Positions 43,253 to 56,746 of a stretch of 64,000 nt of DNA are shown here, one piece after another. The position numbers and the translations under genes are program-made. How positions within the stretch are numbered: the first letter of the stretch is position 1; every line of letters begins with the position of its first letter. Source of the stretch: Balanoglossus misakiensis (Eukaryota > Animalia > Hemichordata); contig CM082576.2 in NCBI GenBank assembly GCA_040954595.2, positions 7,753,129 through 7,817,128 of the forward strand. Direction: 5' to 3'. A model generated the notes under the pieces. It searched no databases. It saw nothing but the letters and a program-made list of their open reading frames with translations, and was not told where the DNA came from.

Positions 43253-43360
43253 ATCCCGCTTGTATGATATAAGAGTAAAAACTCGCCTAAAATGAATAAA
43301 TGGTAGAGACCGATTATTCATTTTGGCGAGTTTTTTCACTCTCGTGTCTACAAGCGGGAT
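43253..43360. repeat. Imperfect ~108-bp palindrome (MITE-like foldback)
   Basis: ATCCCGCTTGTA...AAAAACTCGCCTAAAATGAATAA is mirrored by TTATTCATTTTGGCGAGTTTTT...TACAAGCGGGAT. Confidence 0.8.
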
Positions 43361-44117
43361 GGAAAGTGTGTGTGGTTGAACGTTGATTCACTATATATAT
43401 ACACATGTACATCAAAATAAACGGTGTCTTGCATCAAACATAATTAATGGAAAAGGGGCAGCGAGAGAGAGACTTTGTCCTTTTAATGTTTACTATATTA
43501 TCGAATGTCCTGGTTTGGTCAGAAACACATCCACGAAGAAAAGTGCTCAGTGCAGATATAGATATGACGTCGCCTCGGTCATTTTCTTGTTGATATGAAT
43601 AAAAATTACTAGTATAATTTTAGGTGCGGTGATTTTTCAGTGAGTAATGGCCGTAGACGAACCATACTCGTGAACGATTTAAATAGATCTATGGGTTTCG
43701 TCCTACGTGCCATGCTGACTAATGTTGTTTCAAAGTCAGATTCCCGCAAACGACGGAGAGGTGATGAGAGTCGTGATTCAACTCCGAAAGGGGAATAATT
43801 TGTTAGTCTATTTTAGGGGCGATTTCGTTTGCTTCTGCACGGCGCAAAGGACATTTCAAGACGCGCCGTCAACTGGTATGGTATAGGCGTCTTACCAAAA
43901 CTGCCGCGACTTTAAGTTAGGAATACTGCCACCCCTCCTTTTCCGGCCGCGGGGAAATACATCCCTGAGCCGCAGTTCCGTGCCAAGTTACTATGAAGTG
44001 GTGAAACAAAGCAGCGCCATAAATGAACATTTTTCAGGCATACGTATCCATTTTCGTACTTTTATTTCTGTTAGCCTATAAACACTTACATAGTTATCAA
44101 GGAGTGAGATATCGCCC

Positions 44118-44357
44118 CCTGGCACTTGGAATAGGCCCACACTGGAAATGCGTATTGTAGTTAAGTCAGATAACATGACACAGTCATTTCCACGCATTAT
44201 CATGACTGAATCACTTCGCAGCAAAGGTGTTGAAATACCTGGCACTTGGAATAGGCCCACACTGGAAATGCGTATTGTAGTTAAGTCAGATAACATGACA
44301 CAGTCATTTCCACGCATTATCATGACTGAATCACTTCGCAGCAAAGGTGTTGAAATA
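44118..44357. repeat. Perfect 120-bp tandem duplication
   Basis: 44118-44237 equals 44238-44357 (CCTGGCACTTGGAATAGG...GGTGTTGAAATA), followed by a further CCTG. Confidence 0.97.
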
Positions 44358-47260
44358 CCTGTGATTTATTAACTCCACCGTAACAACCGAACCACGGCAG
44401 TCAGTATCCCCTCTGCCATCATGTAAACACGTTTATTCGCCGTACGTCAAGTAGGCCAAGTACTTTTTATAGTTAACCGGCAGGACGTATGTGTTCAGTC
44501 GACAAGTGCTCTCGGGACGGGGACCAATTTGTTGGCCGGGCTTCCAAGTGTAGGCTCGGACAGGAGCAGTCGCTTCGCTGAATGAGAGAGAGGGTGATCT
44601 CTGTCCCCCAGCTCAACCAGGTACAACTGCGAGAAAGGGGTGTTTATTACTTTGAGAGAGCCTGGCCATCCCCTTAGCATTCTGCCTGTCACCGTTTAGG
44701 TTTTCTGGGTAGTCAAAGATTCAAAGATGACATTCTTCATATTTTTTTCATATTATCACGAGGTGTTTTAAGACTTGTTATTAAATTTTATACGATACGC
44801 TACGGTCATGGGTTGTCGTATCGTTTGGGTTTTGGACACGCTCGATATAACATTCCACTATCCCAATCATCTTGATCGTATCATGTCATGGAAATTCGTA
44901 AAAAATTATTGCACTTTCGTGCAAATGCGTGTATTCTAAACAAGATACGACACGATATAAAAACTGCGATACGCGCGACACGAAATCTTGTCGTCGTGAC
45001 GTTTCATATATAATTGCAGCGTGTGAAAAAGACACATCTATCGCAACTACTAAAGTCTCGTTTCTCAGTTCATAAAAGTAGTCATTAAAAGTAGAGATAT
45101 AGAGTGGTTGCCAAGAGCGACCGACCATAGGTCATCACGGCAAGCGAGATATTCTATCGGCTGCGTTCTATTATTGGATTTAGCGCGCGCGCGGGAAGTG
45201 CCCATGTGGAAGTAGTCCGAGGATACTCGATTCTTTGCACAACCCCGCCCTCAGTCATGCAAATATACGGAGTCTGAAAAAGGCAATGTTTAAAATGGGG
45301 GTGTACACCAGAGTTGTGGATTTTACCAAGTGGGCTGCGTTTACAAATGGGATCGAAAGGAAATTTTGAAGTGGTAGGGGGTGGACGTGAAAAGTATTGG
45401 AGTGTTAGAAAGCGACCATTTTGATTTACACGCTTGTTAGCAAAAGCGATGTAAATAACATATAGAGGATATGCCACCATAGACTCTTGGATGCCACGTT
45501 CGAATTGGGAAGCTGTCAGAAGTAATTGGCGGGCACAAAGAATTAGAAGGGGGTTGCTGGTGATTCACACACCAGCGGTCACGGTGACATTGAAAGCGAA
45601 ACCGCGACAATGATAAAAATATACCTGACTCGGGTACAATGGGGACAAAGGGGAGTTCGGTTCACCTGAAGGCAGTGAAAGTAAAATGTGCCTGTACTGT
45701 AAATCATGGCCGAAAACATTTTTTACCGTGGAGTCCAATATTAAATATTTCTGGCCCCCATACGAAAACATCGTTTCATGGGCAATAAATACCCTTTTGA
45801 AAACATCAGTGGGGATATGGGTATTTCGTACGAGCGCCGTGTGGTGCAATCGCTGAACATGACATAGTGAAGTCCCTTGTGCCAGTGGAGCCACAGCAAC
45901 TGTAGAAAGTCGTGGTCAACTTTACTAGCCAATAAAAGATTGTCACTTGGGTGGTCACGCGAAAGTGCGCCACCACATGATCATTAGAGAACCATATGGA
46001 AATCAGAGGTGAGTTTCCTTTAGTATTATGGTCTATGCCTGTAAAAGTCATCAGTTTAGACCATGTGTTTGCCACCAATAATCGAGATAAGTCTAGTTGA
46101 AGATGATCTGATGATCGAATAAAGAGAATAAACACAGCGTCAAAATGTTTGACTATTTGGTTGTTATTGTCATAACATTGCGAACAACAAAAGACATAGC
46201 CAGTATCCGATTAAAACTATATTTGTAAACAAATGGACAGTGCGCCACGCACGACAGCATGGTTTACCAGTAGCGATCACGTTTATAAGTCCCCCAGTGA
46301 CAGAGGAATGGGCAAGAAACATGGCTTGCCCATGCGTCACGGACCACGACTGGTAAATACTGCAACAACTGTAGAATACGCCACCAAACAACACACGCGT
46401 CATTTCGTCCGTTTATGACAACAAGGAAGTACATATATCGGAATGATTTGATCCAACCTTGATCTAGCAGAGGGGTTGATTTTGGGCCAACGTTTTAATA
46501 TAAAAATAACACATGACAACTACGAGAGGCCACATTCAAACATTTAATAAAAATACTGGTCAAATGTCTCGAAGTTCCCGTGATGCAATGGAAGTCTATG
46601 AAAGAGATCAATGCACCACTCGCGGTTTTTCGATGTTGATTTCCTGTTTCTCACATGACCATAGCTGTGACACACCACGACCTCTTTAAGTGGCGCGAAT
46701 TTTACCGATAGCAAGAAAGTGGGCCATTACAGCATTTTTACTGCGAAAGGTGGACAGACTTCCGCGGAATTTTGAGTCGGTTTGTCTTGACTTCGACAGC
46801 CGAGAGGGCGAGGGGAATTTCCTTGTTGCAAAGCACAGTGAAAAGACCCATTTTCGCTTCTCAGCAATTCCTAGAATTCAGCACACCACTTGTGTCCGCC
46901 ATCTTGGACAGGGAACTGTCGATTCGAAAATACTTCTGAACTGTGTTGTTTCTGCTTATAACCTTCACGAGACCACCGCCTTTCCATTTCGGAATGGTTT
47001 ACCCGACAAATCCAACCGAGTCGGACGTCGACGTAGTACTTCAGCACGTTCAAAGTAAAGCAACCTGGTCGTTTTCGAACTTTCTAATTGCATTTTCGCG
47101 CCGCGTACGTCAGAATAAGCGAATGATATTGGAGTGCGCTCAGCCTTCCAAAATTGTTTCACTGTCATATTTCTGTTTCGCGTGCTTACAGATAATGTTT
47201 ATTTCAGTATATGACGATGTTATAAATGAGAAAACAGAAAATACATATAGAGAAACTTAC

Positions 47261-47513
47261 CTCAGTCGGCCGTTCTTTCTTGACGTCCACCGTTAATTCG
47301 GGCAGCCCCCGCTGCAAGCGTTTCATTTGTATCTTGCATTTGATTTCTTCCTTCAAAATCGACGTCAGGCTGGTTTCAAGCGGCGGGTCAACGCTCATGA
47401 CGCACGAGCTTTGGCAATGCGGATTTGCGTCGTCGCCATTATGTTGTAAAGCGGCTCTTGTCTGTCCGCTCGTGTTATCGTCCTGCGACGCTGTAGCGCG
47501 GCTTAACGGCATT
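47261..47513 (-). CDS. bZIP-C, N-terminal exon with ATF3-type motif
   Basis: TTTGCACCCAG acceptor and GAG|GTAAGT donor (phase 0); LTSILKEEIKCKIQMKRLQRGLPELT is homologous to bZIP-B LTPLLKEEIKRTILSRRSAQELAEIT. The nearest downstream basic exon I found is 42267-42374. Confidence 0.85.
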
Positions 47514-47823
47514 CTGGGTGCAAACACGGGTGATACGCAATGTCGACAGGATTGTTCAATACAATGTTAGTTTTCGGCCATTGTTTTTCCTTTTATACAT
47601 TTAATATCCCTTTTTGCTGTGTTATGTCGACAGCGAGGAGGTCTACACGGTACATTGTATTGCAACCTTACATTTTGTCATCCAAAAAGGCAACTGTTTT
47701 ATATAGTTACAAAACCAGATTCTTTGTACTCTAAATTTTGCGTAGGAACTTGATAAAATAAGTACTGTATGTGTGCATATTGACGTGGATCCCTTTTTGG
47801 CCTTATTATTCATACAGACTTAC

Positions 47824-47843
47824 CTGTCTGTAGGCATAAGCAT
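47824..47843 (-). CDS. bZIP-C, possible first coding micro-segment (MLMPTD)
   Basis: GCCATGC start and AG|GTAAGT donor in phase 2 fit the entry phase of exon 47261-47513 (total 213 aa). A second phase-2 donor at 47918-47919 is an alternative. Confidence 0.45.
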
Positions 47844-49535
47844 GGCCAGCTTGAACTCAGTACAGACAACTGAGTTTGAACGTAACCCCCAATAAAGATT
47901 ATATGCCAGTATTGCTTACCTTCTCCTTGGCTGATGCGCAAATGACGTTTCCCGAACACGGCGATACTGATAGAAAAGGTACAAACACAAGCCTTTTAAT
48001 TCTTCAAGAGACAACGAGGGCGTTAGCTGTGGTAAACTTGAACTGTTCGCTGCCGACAAAATTGCAATGCGTCGAACTGCGTGGACGGGATTGCTTTTAT
48101 TGACGACTACAACTATAATTCCCCTTTCCGTATTACGCGCGGGAAAATGAAAGTTGACGGAGCTATTCTGTAAAATTGTACTTGTCGACGAAAAAATAGG
48201 AGAAGGGGATATCCAGACCATAAGACAACTCAGTTGACCAAAGCATTGTATAATTAGTGTCCTTTTATGGCATTTCAGCGAACAATTTTGTTAATCTGTC
48301 AAAACCGAAACGAACCGCCCACTTACACGTGAAGATTATGCAGGCGTATCTTGATTCGATGCGACTGTGCTGACGTAAAACATTTCACGTGACGTCACAT
48401 TATCGAACATGATCTAACCAGCTAGCCGATCAGGCCCCCGAACTAAATATGAAATGTTGCAATGAACAGTCACGTTTTTTTCTCTTTTGTTTCCCAATGG
48501 ACAGTTCCGTGCACATACAAAAGGGTTATTGTTCATGTAAAGAAGTGCCCACGTCAAGAAATATGGGTCTTTAGCTGTGAAGCGTCGGCAGGAAAAATCT
48601 CACATGACAATCGTGCAGCTGAACAGGTTCAGTTTTTATTATTAATCGTGTTTTTTACTACTGTGTTCAAGATAGAATATTGAGTAAATTGCCATATGAA
48701 TAATCATATTCCCCAATAAATATTTACTCTGACGAATATCTCGTGTAGTCAGCTTACCGCCGAGGAGATGCTTGATTTTGCACTTCAAATGTGCAAGTAT
48801 ATGTATTATTTTTAATCATACACGGACGTCCTAACCAATCATCGAGGAATGCGGTGTTATGTTGTTGTCACTTTTGTGGTTTCAGAGCTATTTATGATTT
48901 GCCGTAAACGACTGATCAATCATTTCCGATCGGTGAGTTCCGTCCAAACAAAATGTATCTCTGACACGGATTTCACAGCGGGCCTTGGGTTTTCCTATCA
49001 TGTTCTATTTGTAACAATGATGAAAAGCAATGACCTTCAAAGTTTACCACATTGACCATGATTCGAGCTGACCGACCGCTTCAGAGGTCGAAGTTCACGT
49101 TCGGGAACTCCTAAAAAATTATGACGATTTCCAATTACTATTTTTTTTTCAAAACTGCAAGCCCTCTTAACCAGTTTCAAAACTGTTGCAGTCTCTGCAG
49201 ACCAGCCCCGCTCTCATACCTGTCGGTTCTTATCTGGCTAGACCAATGATAATTAACTAGTCATTTAAAAAGTGCATTTAAGGCCTTAACATCTTGTGAT
49301 GAAAAAGTATCCAGAGAAAATATGCGATAATTATGTAATGTTGTACTTGTAATTCAAAATTCAACTCCAGATATGCAATAAACCACTTTGATTGTCATTA
49401 GCAACATTTTAGAAAGTTACTGATGTGTAAGATATGCTTTGTGTTTTAATCTCAGTCTTGTGGGAAACAATCACCTGACATCCTCTACATAGACACGTCA
49501 GTCTCCTTTTTTATTTCCTTTCCTTGTTTTTTTTT

Positions 49536-50359
49536 GGGATTTTCCAACAAAAACGGTCCCTTGGAGCATTATTCATCATGACGTCATCGAATGAGGCACC
49601 AGCAGGGGCCTCGATCAAAACGTAAATGCCAGTGAGTCAGAGCTTGTTCTGACCAATCACGGTGCAGTGTAATGTCAGTTTTTCGTTAGCAAACAGTAAT
49701 GATTGCACTTTGAAATAACATTATAGAATCCACAGTACGACTGAATATAACAACGGAAAATTAATACTGAAGAAAGAAATTACTGCGTGTAATGTGTTGA
49801 ATGTTCTGCAGCAGATTATGTGAATGGCGTGACGTCATTAATGGGAATATAGTCACTGGGGGGGGGGATGACAATCTCAACACTAAGCAAGTTTAGTAGA
49901 AATTAATAATTCATCACTACCCCTCGTGCGTCGCTAAGAACTATTGTTTGCTGATGTGACAAAATCACATGGCATTCCACTCAATGCAAAATAACGTCAT
50001 GTTTTTTTTTTTCTGATAATGTGACCTCTGTTTTCATTGGGGGGAATTTCCGACATCACGTGGTCAATCTGATTGATCCACGAACACCAATATATTCATT
50101 CACAGGGCTAGCTGTAAACAGTAACAGCTCACTAAAGGGTTTTCAATTTGCTTTTCTGTCTCGGTAATAAATTGCTTTATAGTTCAGTGCCGGTATATCA
50201 TAATAAACATTCCCGAGCCCCTTTTGTCGGTTGTTTGGTGAAAGACTTGCATCAATTCATTACTATTTTTGAATATTTTACGGCCTACATAACGTCCTGG
50301 CGTCAGACCTATTTTATTTTACTGTTGAGATGTTTTTTTTTATGCATTGGGGATTTTCC
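49536..50359. promoter_or_regulatory. Composite kappaB/CRE/AP-1 module between divergent bZIP-C and bZIP-D
   Basis: GGGATTTTCC at 49536, TGACGTCA at 49579, TGAGTCA at 49633, TGACGTCA at 49830, GGGAATTTCC at 50042, GGGATTTTCC at 50350. Confidence 0.55.
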
Positions 50360-50542
50360 TGCTGAAGTCTAGTCACAAGCGTCAGGGACTGCTAATGAGG
50401 TCATCCAAGGACACTTTATTCAATTGAATTGACCTTGTCTAAAAGCTACGTAGGCAACACGAAGGCACCCGTATCGTAGTATTTTTTTCGATTCTTTTCA
50501 ACGCCGGACTGAAGCGGCGCCGATGACAGACCCCCAAAACTG

Positions 50543-50604
50543 ACAAACAAACAAACAAACAAACAAACAAACAAACAAACAAACAAACAAACAAACAAAC
50601 AAAC
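50543..50604. repeat. (AAAC)n microsatellite
   Basis: Direct reading of the sequence. Confidence 0.95.
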
Positions 50605-53600
50605 AACTGACATCATACTATGAATTAGTATTATTTTCACAGATTTGATTGTTGTCTATGGCATTGGTTTGAACGACTTGAACAGGCACTTCCCATGGAC
50701 ATAAATTCAAGTGCCCTGGCGACCATGCCTACCGATCAACGGGTGCAAGGACCCCGTGAAAAGCGATCTCTTAAATCTTGAAGAGAAAAGGGGATCACTT
50801 ACTCCATTTACTGACGGAGTAAAGTTACATTTCTAGCTAGTTTCGATCTCTGAGAAGACACTGACGCTGTTTAAAATGCGTGAAATACATGTACTTATCC
50901 AGATTTTCCAAGGTGCTTGGGTTTTCTGGATTAATTGGCCACTCCTACTACATATAGTATCAAATTTGTTTTCATTGAACAGAACAAATGATAGACAATC
51001 AAAATAAAACAAACTAATACAACCGAAATTATGTGTCCCAAAGTGAATGACTGTGTCCCTTTCTATATTGAAATGACGAGGAATTGTTTTGGAAAATGAT
51101 TAAAAAAAATATTGAGCAATGTCACCATTGTGGGCAGCTGTGTGATGATAAACCACACTCCCGCACGAAAGTGAAAGAAACCCCGATGTGAACTGCAGTA
51201 CAGCGCCATCTAGTGGATATACGAAGACAAGACAGAACGACTAACCTATGACTCCGGAAGTAGTACTCGCGGATCTCCAACGCAACGATTACCAGGTCCC
51301 AGACACACATGTTCGACGATTGCAATGCTGAGCGGCGGCACCAGGTGTCCGGAATTGGTAAGCGCACCCTGCAGCCTTGTTAATATTCCTTTAGCAGCTA
51401 CACCCGCCACGAGTGACCCAAAGTGGCAAATGATTGCCAAAATAGTAAATCATTACCGCTGGTCAACTACAAGGATGCCCCCATAGTCTCTGCGTGTATA
51501 GAACTCAAATGATCCAACCAGTCCACCATGAGAGACTTCACCAGCCCTGACGCCAACAAGCCGTGACCCACACGAAATGTTGACATGACATGCCATGCCA
51601 TACCATTCCATCCTTTCCGACTCCCCGGAATTCGTGGATGCAGACCAAACAGTACAATGCAAAAATGCAAAGTCTTCGTGTCTCCAGGTCCCGCGAACTG
51701 TTATCATCCGCGCAACTGAAAACGTCCTCACAATCACCTCGGCACCGAAACAATGCGGGGTGTCGTCTCGTCCCCTCTAGTTTCGATTGCGGCTATTAAA
51801 CATGTTTGTCGCAATGGATTAAAAGCCTGTCGCCGTAAATCAGAGCCCATCTGTCTGCGATGCTGTGTTATAGTGTGATATAAATGTATAATTTATTAAC
51901 GTATCGGTATCAGACTGATGCAAAATCTAACGTTTTATTTTTTCAATTTCTGTTAGAAGACGTTGGAAGTACTTTTGACCAATCGCAGACTGGGTTACGA
52001 ACTCCCCAACCAATCCCCTTTGGCATGAGGTCTGTGGTTCCGGCGGGGTACAGGTCTCCCGCGTCGGAGCACTGTCGTGCGTCTAAAAGTAGGCCAGTCT
52101 GCAGATTCCGGATCGTAGGGGCCATGTTGAATCATTGGGATGGGGGTAATCTAACGACTCTGTCGATAACGGAATTGGGATCTACCCGGGGATCTATCGG
52201 TAACGTCACCGCACGGATGAATTTACCGGTAAGGATGCATGGGGATACCAAGGCGTTCCAATGTTTGCGTGTACGGCCGATGATAGACGTAACTATCCAA
52301 CGTAACCACCCCTATGCAATGGTTGATAGACAAATAACGGAGAAGTTAGATTGAAGGGTAAGTGGTCTTTTCAAATTCAACTCCAACTCCGACAGTACAG
52401 TCATAAGTCGCGAAACGTTGTGTGTCACAACATAACAGGATGGTCAGATTTGTTGGACCAAAATATATCGAAACTCACGGACATTATTCCGTCACTTTCA
52501 AGAATTATTGCTAGAATTTTAAAGACTTCTCAAAGATCACTTCTTTGATTCTTTCATGCGTTCGGCGTTTTAGTGACTTAGCTACCCAGCCATCTGGCCA
52601 CGGCACAAACCACACAGACGGCTGCAAACTACAAAAGTATGCTTTTGTTCCAACTCCGCCCGATAGAATGGTCACCGTGATAACACACCAGCTGCGCGTG
52701 CAGGCGATAAAACATTCACAGACATTCAATTCTCGGAACTGTTTTAATATCCAAACGCCGCGAGCCGATTTTGTTAGTCTGGTGACCTCCTTTCTTTGCC
52801 TATCGTTTCAATGAAACTGAAATAAATATCTGGTGGGCAGGACGATTCGTGCAGTTGGGTTCTGATTCCGTAAAATAGGCTTGGAGAGTTTTGTTGTGAC
52901 CACGGCGTCACACATGCAACGGTCGGACAATTCGAGATCTGATGAATGTACATGTGGAACGTATAGACATTTGGCAATGACGACGACGACCGAGACGACG
53001 ACGATGACGATTATGATGATAATGATGATGATTATGATGCACCATAATACACTTCTAGTTTCAGCGTCGATCTGCGACCAATGTCATTTAAAACAAAATA
53101 ATTTGAAGGGGTTACAATGAATTTTAGTTCAGCCTAACGGTAAGGCTTGACCAGCCTGAGTGCGGATCACGGCGATTCACAGTCACGTGTGTTAGTTGTG
53201 TAGTTATGAATCACTCTCAGCCTTCTCTTGAAACGGCACATTTATTATCTTTACTATCGGCAATAAAACAGCAAATCAAATAACCCGAAGTGGAGAAAAA
53301 ATAATTTAGGGCCATGCCGCGCTACAGTAAATTGCAGAATATCACCAAAACGCTGTATTTTTACCCTGGGACCAAATTGTCGAGTCATATATCTTGAGAG
53401 TAACGTTTGGCTTTGATGGCAAGCAAAATCTTACAACAGCTGGCAGATTGACAAACACCACGTACCAGCGTCACAGAAAACCAGATGTCCAATGGAAGTC
53501 ACTAAACTCATGGCAAATACGGTCATTTAGCAAATTGAATAGCGCATCATGTAACAAAACTCGTCCCCCAGATGTCAAAATTCTTGGAACAAAATGCATA

Positions 53601-54186
53601 AAACAAAAAAACACGAACCTCTGAGGATGTTAATACTCTTTTTGCGATGGTCAATTGGTAAGCCCGGGCTTAACAGTCAACAGTCAGACTGCAGACAAAC
53701 TTCCCAGAGCGTGGTTTCGATGATAGTTACAAGTAGGACGATCAAGTTCTGCGAAGAAGCGCGTCTTTTGATCTTGTCCGTGCATGCCGTGATTACTCGG
53801 ATAGCCTGGGCGGGCATTGGGCACGGAGCAGAGGGCGTTTTAATGGCGCGGTTCGTGTGAGACCTGTTATTAAGAAGAAAAACCTCCCACCCCCGTTCCG
53901 CCATTCGAATTGATTTTTTTTTCGGATCCCAATCCCTTCTTGGAATTATTAGACTGCATTGTTGTTTTAACTGTGACGCTGTCCAGTTGATGACATCAGA
54001 TGAGACCAATAGCAACCCTAAGAAGCTTGATAGAACTTGTCCTATTGATTATTGAAATGCATGTACTTCAACGTCTTTGTGTTTGTGTCCTTATGTTACA
54101 AATATTCCCATCTCTGTTTCTTCTTTCGAAATATTGCGATGTTTGGTCATGTTTAATGATCTCATAATGTAACCATCTCCATACAC

Positions 54187-54190
<4 letters not shown>

Positions 54191-54236
<46 letters not shown>
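54191..54236. repeat. (TG)23 microsatellite
   Basis: Direct reading of the sequence. Confidence 0.97.
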
Positions 54237-54239
<3 letters not shown>

Positions 54240-54871
54240 AATAGCTGTGTCTATGCAACGGGGAGTCGAAATCACTCCCCCGCCTCCGAATTCCGCGTGA
54301 TTACGGCGTTGGGATTTGCTCAGTACAAAACTGTGCTAGCAGTATTTGAATACTTCAAAAAACCTATTTATAGAGAAATAAAACTAGTTATATCTATTTA
54401 TATTCAAATTTATAGAGAGGTGTAGAACTTCACATTCCCACGCATCGTTTCGAGGAAAGAATCTCGACCGAAATTATGGCCACCAACGCTTCCGCAATCA
54501 ATGTGCCTTCCATATATACATATATATATATATGCAAACGTATGTGTGTCGCGTTTTTTATAAAAGATTGCGCATCACTCAATTACTTATTGTCATCAAT
54601 AATATCATACCAGACGCCAACTTGTAAGGAACGCTTAGATAAAACGTGAACATTTGCGTTTTATTTGCCAGAGGTTGACGTGTTCGTAGCTTGGGCTGAA
54701 CAGAATTAGATACCGAATGTAAGAAAGTAAATGATATTGCTTTGTCAGTCGTGTCGTCTGCGATTTTTATACTCAATATCACCAAGATACTAAACGAATT
54801 TGAACGTTTTTTTAAATAATACCATTCTTCGTTTGCAGTTACCAGAGAGCCATCAAGATTTTTGGTCCAAA

Positions 54872-55066
54872 ATGGAAGCTGTCCGAACGAACAACTGGGA
54901 AAATCTTCAACGGACGCAGCCGATATACACAGAAAGCGCGCCATTGGATTTCAACTTTCGGAGAGACGATCATGAGATGACAGTCATCGGGGAAAGACTG
55001 CAATATGCCGGCAAGATATCTCCTCCTGGTTTACCCACTTACTGTGCCACACAGACGGTAAAGAGA
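54872..55066 (+). CDS. bZIP-D (BATF-like, inverted copy), putative N-terminal exon
   Basis: AAAATGG start; MEAVRTNNWENLQ...CATQTVKR; AGA|GTAAGT donor in phase 0. A TTTGCAG acceptor at 54837-54838 suggests an earlier exon. Confidence 0.65.
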
Positions 55067-56007
55067 GTAAGTAGATACTATAACCAAGTTTTTCCACGAT
55101 TCTTTTTGTCTTTTGACCGGTCGGCGTCCGCCAGGGAGACAATTCATACTGTACAAAAAGGGACTAACTGTTTACAGTATTTTAGTTATGTCTAAAAACC
55201 TGTCGTCACGATTCAATTCACACCAAACGTGGACGTACATGTAACAGATAAATAGGCCCGCATCTCTTATATTAAAGAGTGTGAGGTGGCTTTTTCAAAA
55301 CAAAATATTCATCGACTTGTTTTCATCAAAACCACTAATTTTCTACACAGTTAAAATTGGCGGCCATTTTGAATTTAAAATTAGAGACAAGATTCTATGG
55401 ACCCCTCACAAACGGAATGATGTTATAACAGGGTGTGGTGACAGAGAAAATACGTCCTGTAGACCGTTTCAGAAAACACTCGTTAGATATCCTTTACCTT
55501 TCAAGTCTTTCTCGGGAAATGATTGATGTCATCAGAAATTCAGCGCTTGCATTAAGTAACCTGGCGGCGGTGTTCAATGAAAGATGTTGGGGATCCAAAG
55601 GAAAAGGTGACTTCAATGATAAGCAGTCATCCTGTTAAACAAACGATGAACCGTTCGACTATTCAAGTTTTATGGCCTTCCGGTGGAGCTGGAAATATAC
55701 TTCCGGGTGATTCGTCACACACTTCCCCGGGCCCAGGCTTTCTATCAAGCTTTCTGTTTCTGAAAGGGTCACCATCCAACAAGAACGTTATGAAACCTTT
55801 CCCCGCATCCAAGATCCGAAAACACACAGCGGTTTCCGATTTATTCTTGCGAGAGTTATGAAATAATTTTTGGTACGCCAATTCAGCATGGTGTCATCCG
55901 TCGGCTAAGGTATATACAGGAGAGATTGCACAATTTTATCGTTAAAATTGTGCTTAAAATTGCAGCTCACGGAGCTTTGATCTTTTCTCCTCTGGTCTAC
56001 GCTATAG

Positions 56008-56127
56008 GGGTCGGACGAACAAGATGGGGAATGCGCAGAGAGGAAGAGACTGAGAAGGAAACACAATCGTCAGGCGGCAGCCAGGAGCAGACATCGACAG
56101 CAGGAAAGATTGCAGACGCTTTCACGG
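56008..56127 (+). CDS. bZIP-D, basic-region exon (120 nt)
   Basis: CTATAG acceptor and CGG|GTAAGC donor; GSDEQDGECAERKRLRRKHNRQAAARSRHRQQERLQTLSR resembles BATF NRIAAQKSRQRQ. The ORF track shows a different frame. Confidence 0.9.
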
Positions 56128-56569
56128 GTAAGCCTTTAATCCGTTTTCGTGTATGAACTGTGTGTTCAGCGAATAACAGCGTCTCGGGGCGAATCACCTG
56201 GTTTCGGTATCCAAGGTCATGAAAGGTCGACAACGGAGACGAAGCGATATTGCTTTACGATGTAGTAAAGTTTATGCCACTCATTTTAGGACTTGCGTGA
56301 AAGCACCGATAATTTTAGAAGCCGTGGCAAACCTATGACCTGCAATCCCATTATTTCAGGGTGACCTAGAGACCTCCACAAGTAAAGTTTCGGCCAGCTT
56401 TCAAAAAAAAACACAATCCCAGTATAGGGAGAGGCTTTATTGCGCAAATGTTCAATTTTGAGTGTCAGTTCAAGCCGCGCGCATAACTCTTGGAAAAGTT
56501 GTAACCCGAACCCCACTAGACAGATTGGCGTTCAAGTGACATTACCTTTCTCCGTGTCACTCTCACCAG

Positions 56570-56746
56570 GAAGTGGACTATCGTGAAAAGAAACACTTTG
56601 AGCTCAAGAACGAAATTCGAAAGCTTGACAAGGAGAAAAACCACTTATCATTGGTTCTGAGTATTCACGAACTCAAGTGTCCTATCAGAGCATCATCTCA
56701 TCCACGTACAGGAGAACGAGATCTCCTCCTGCTGCCTGTGTCTTAA
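56570..56746 (+). CDS. bZIP-D, zipper exon
   Basis: CTCTCACCAG acceptor; EVDYREKKHFELKNEIRKLDKEKNHLSLVLSIHELKCPIRASSHPRTGERDLLLLPVS-stop. Model total 163 aa. Confidence 0.88.
   Translation, partial: EVDYREKKHFELKNEIRKLDKEKNHLSLVLSIHELKCPIRASSHPRTGERDLLLLPVS

Noticed and set aside
43991-44372. ORFs with an internal 40-aa repeat
   Set aside because: A by-product of the 120-bp tandem duplication; no domain or splice support.
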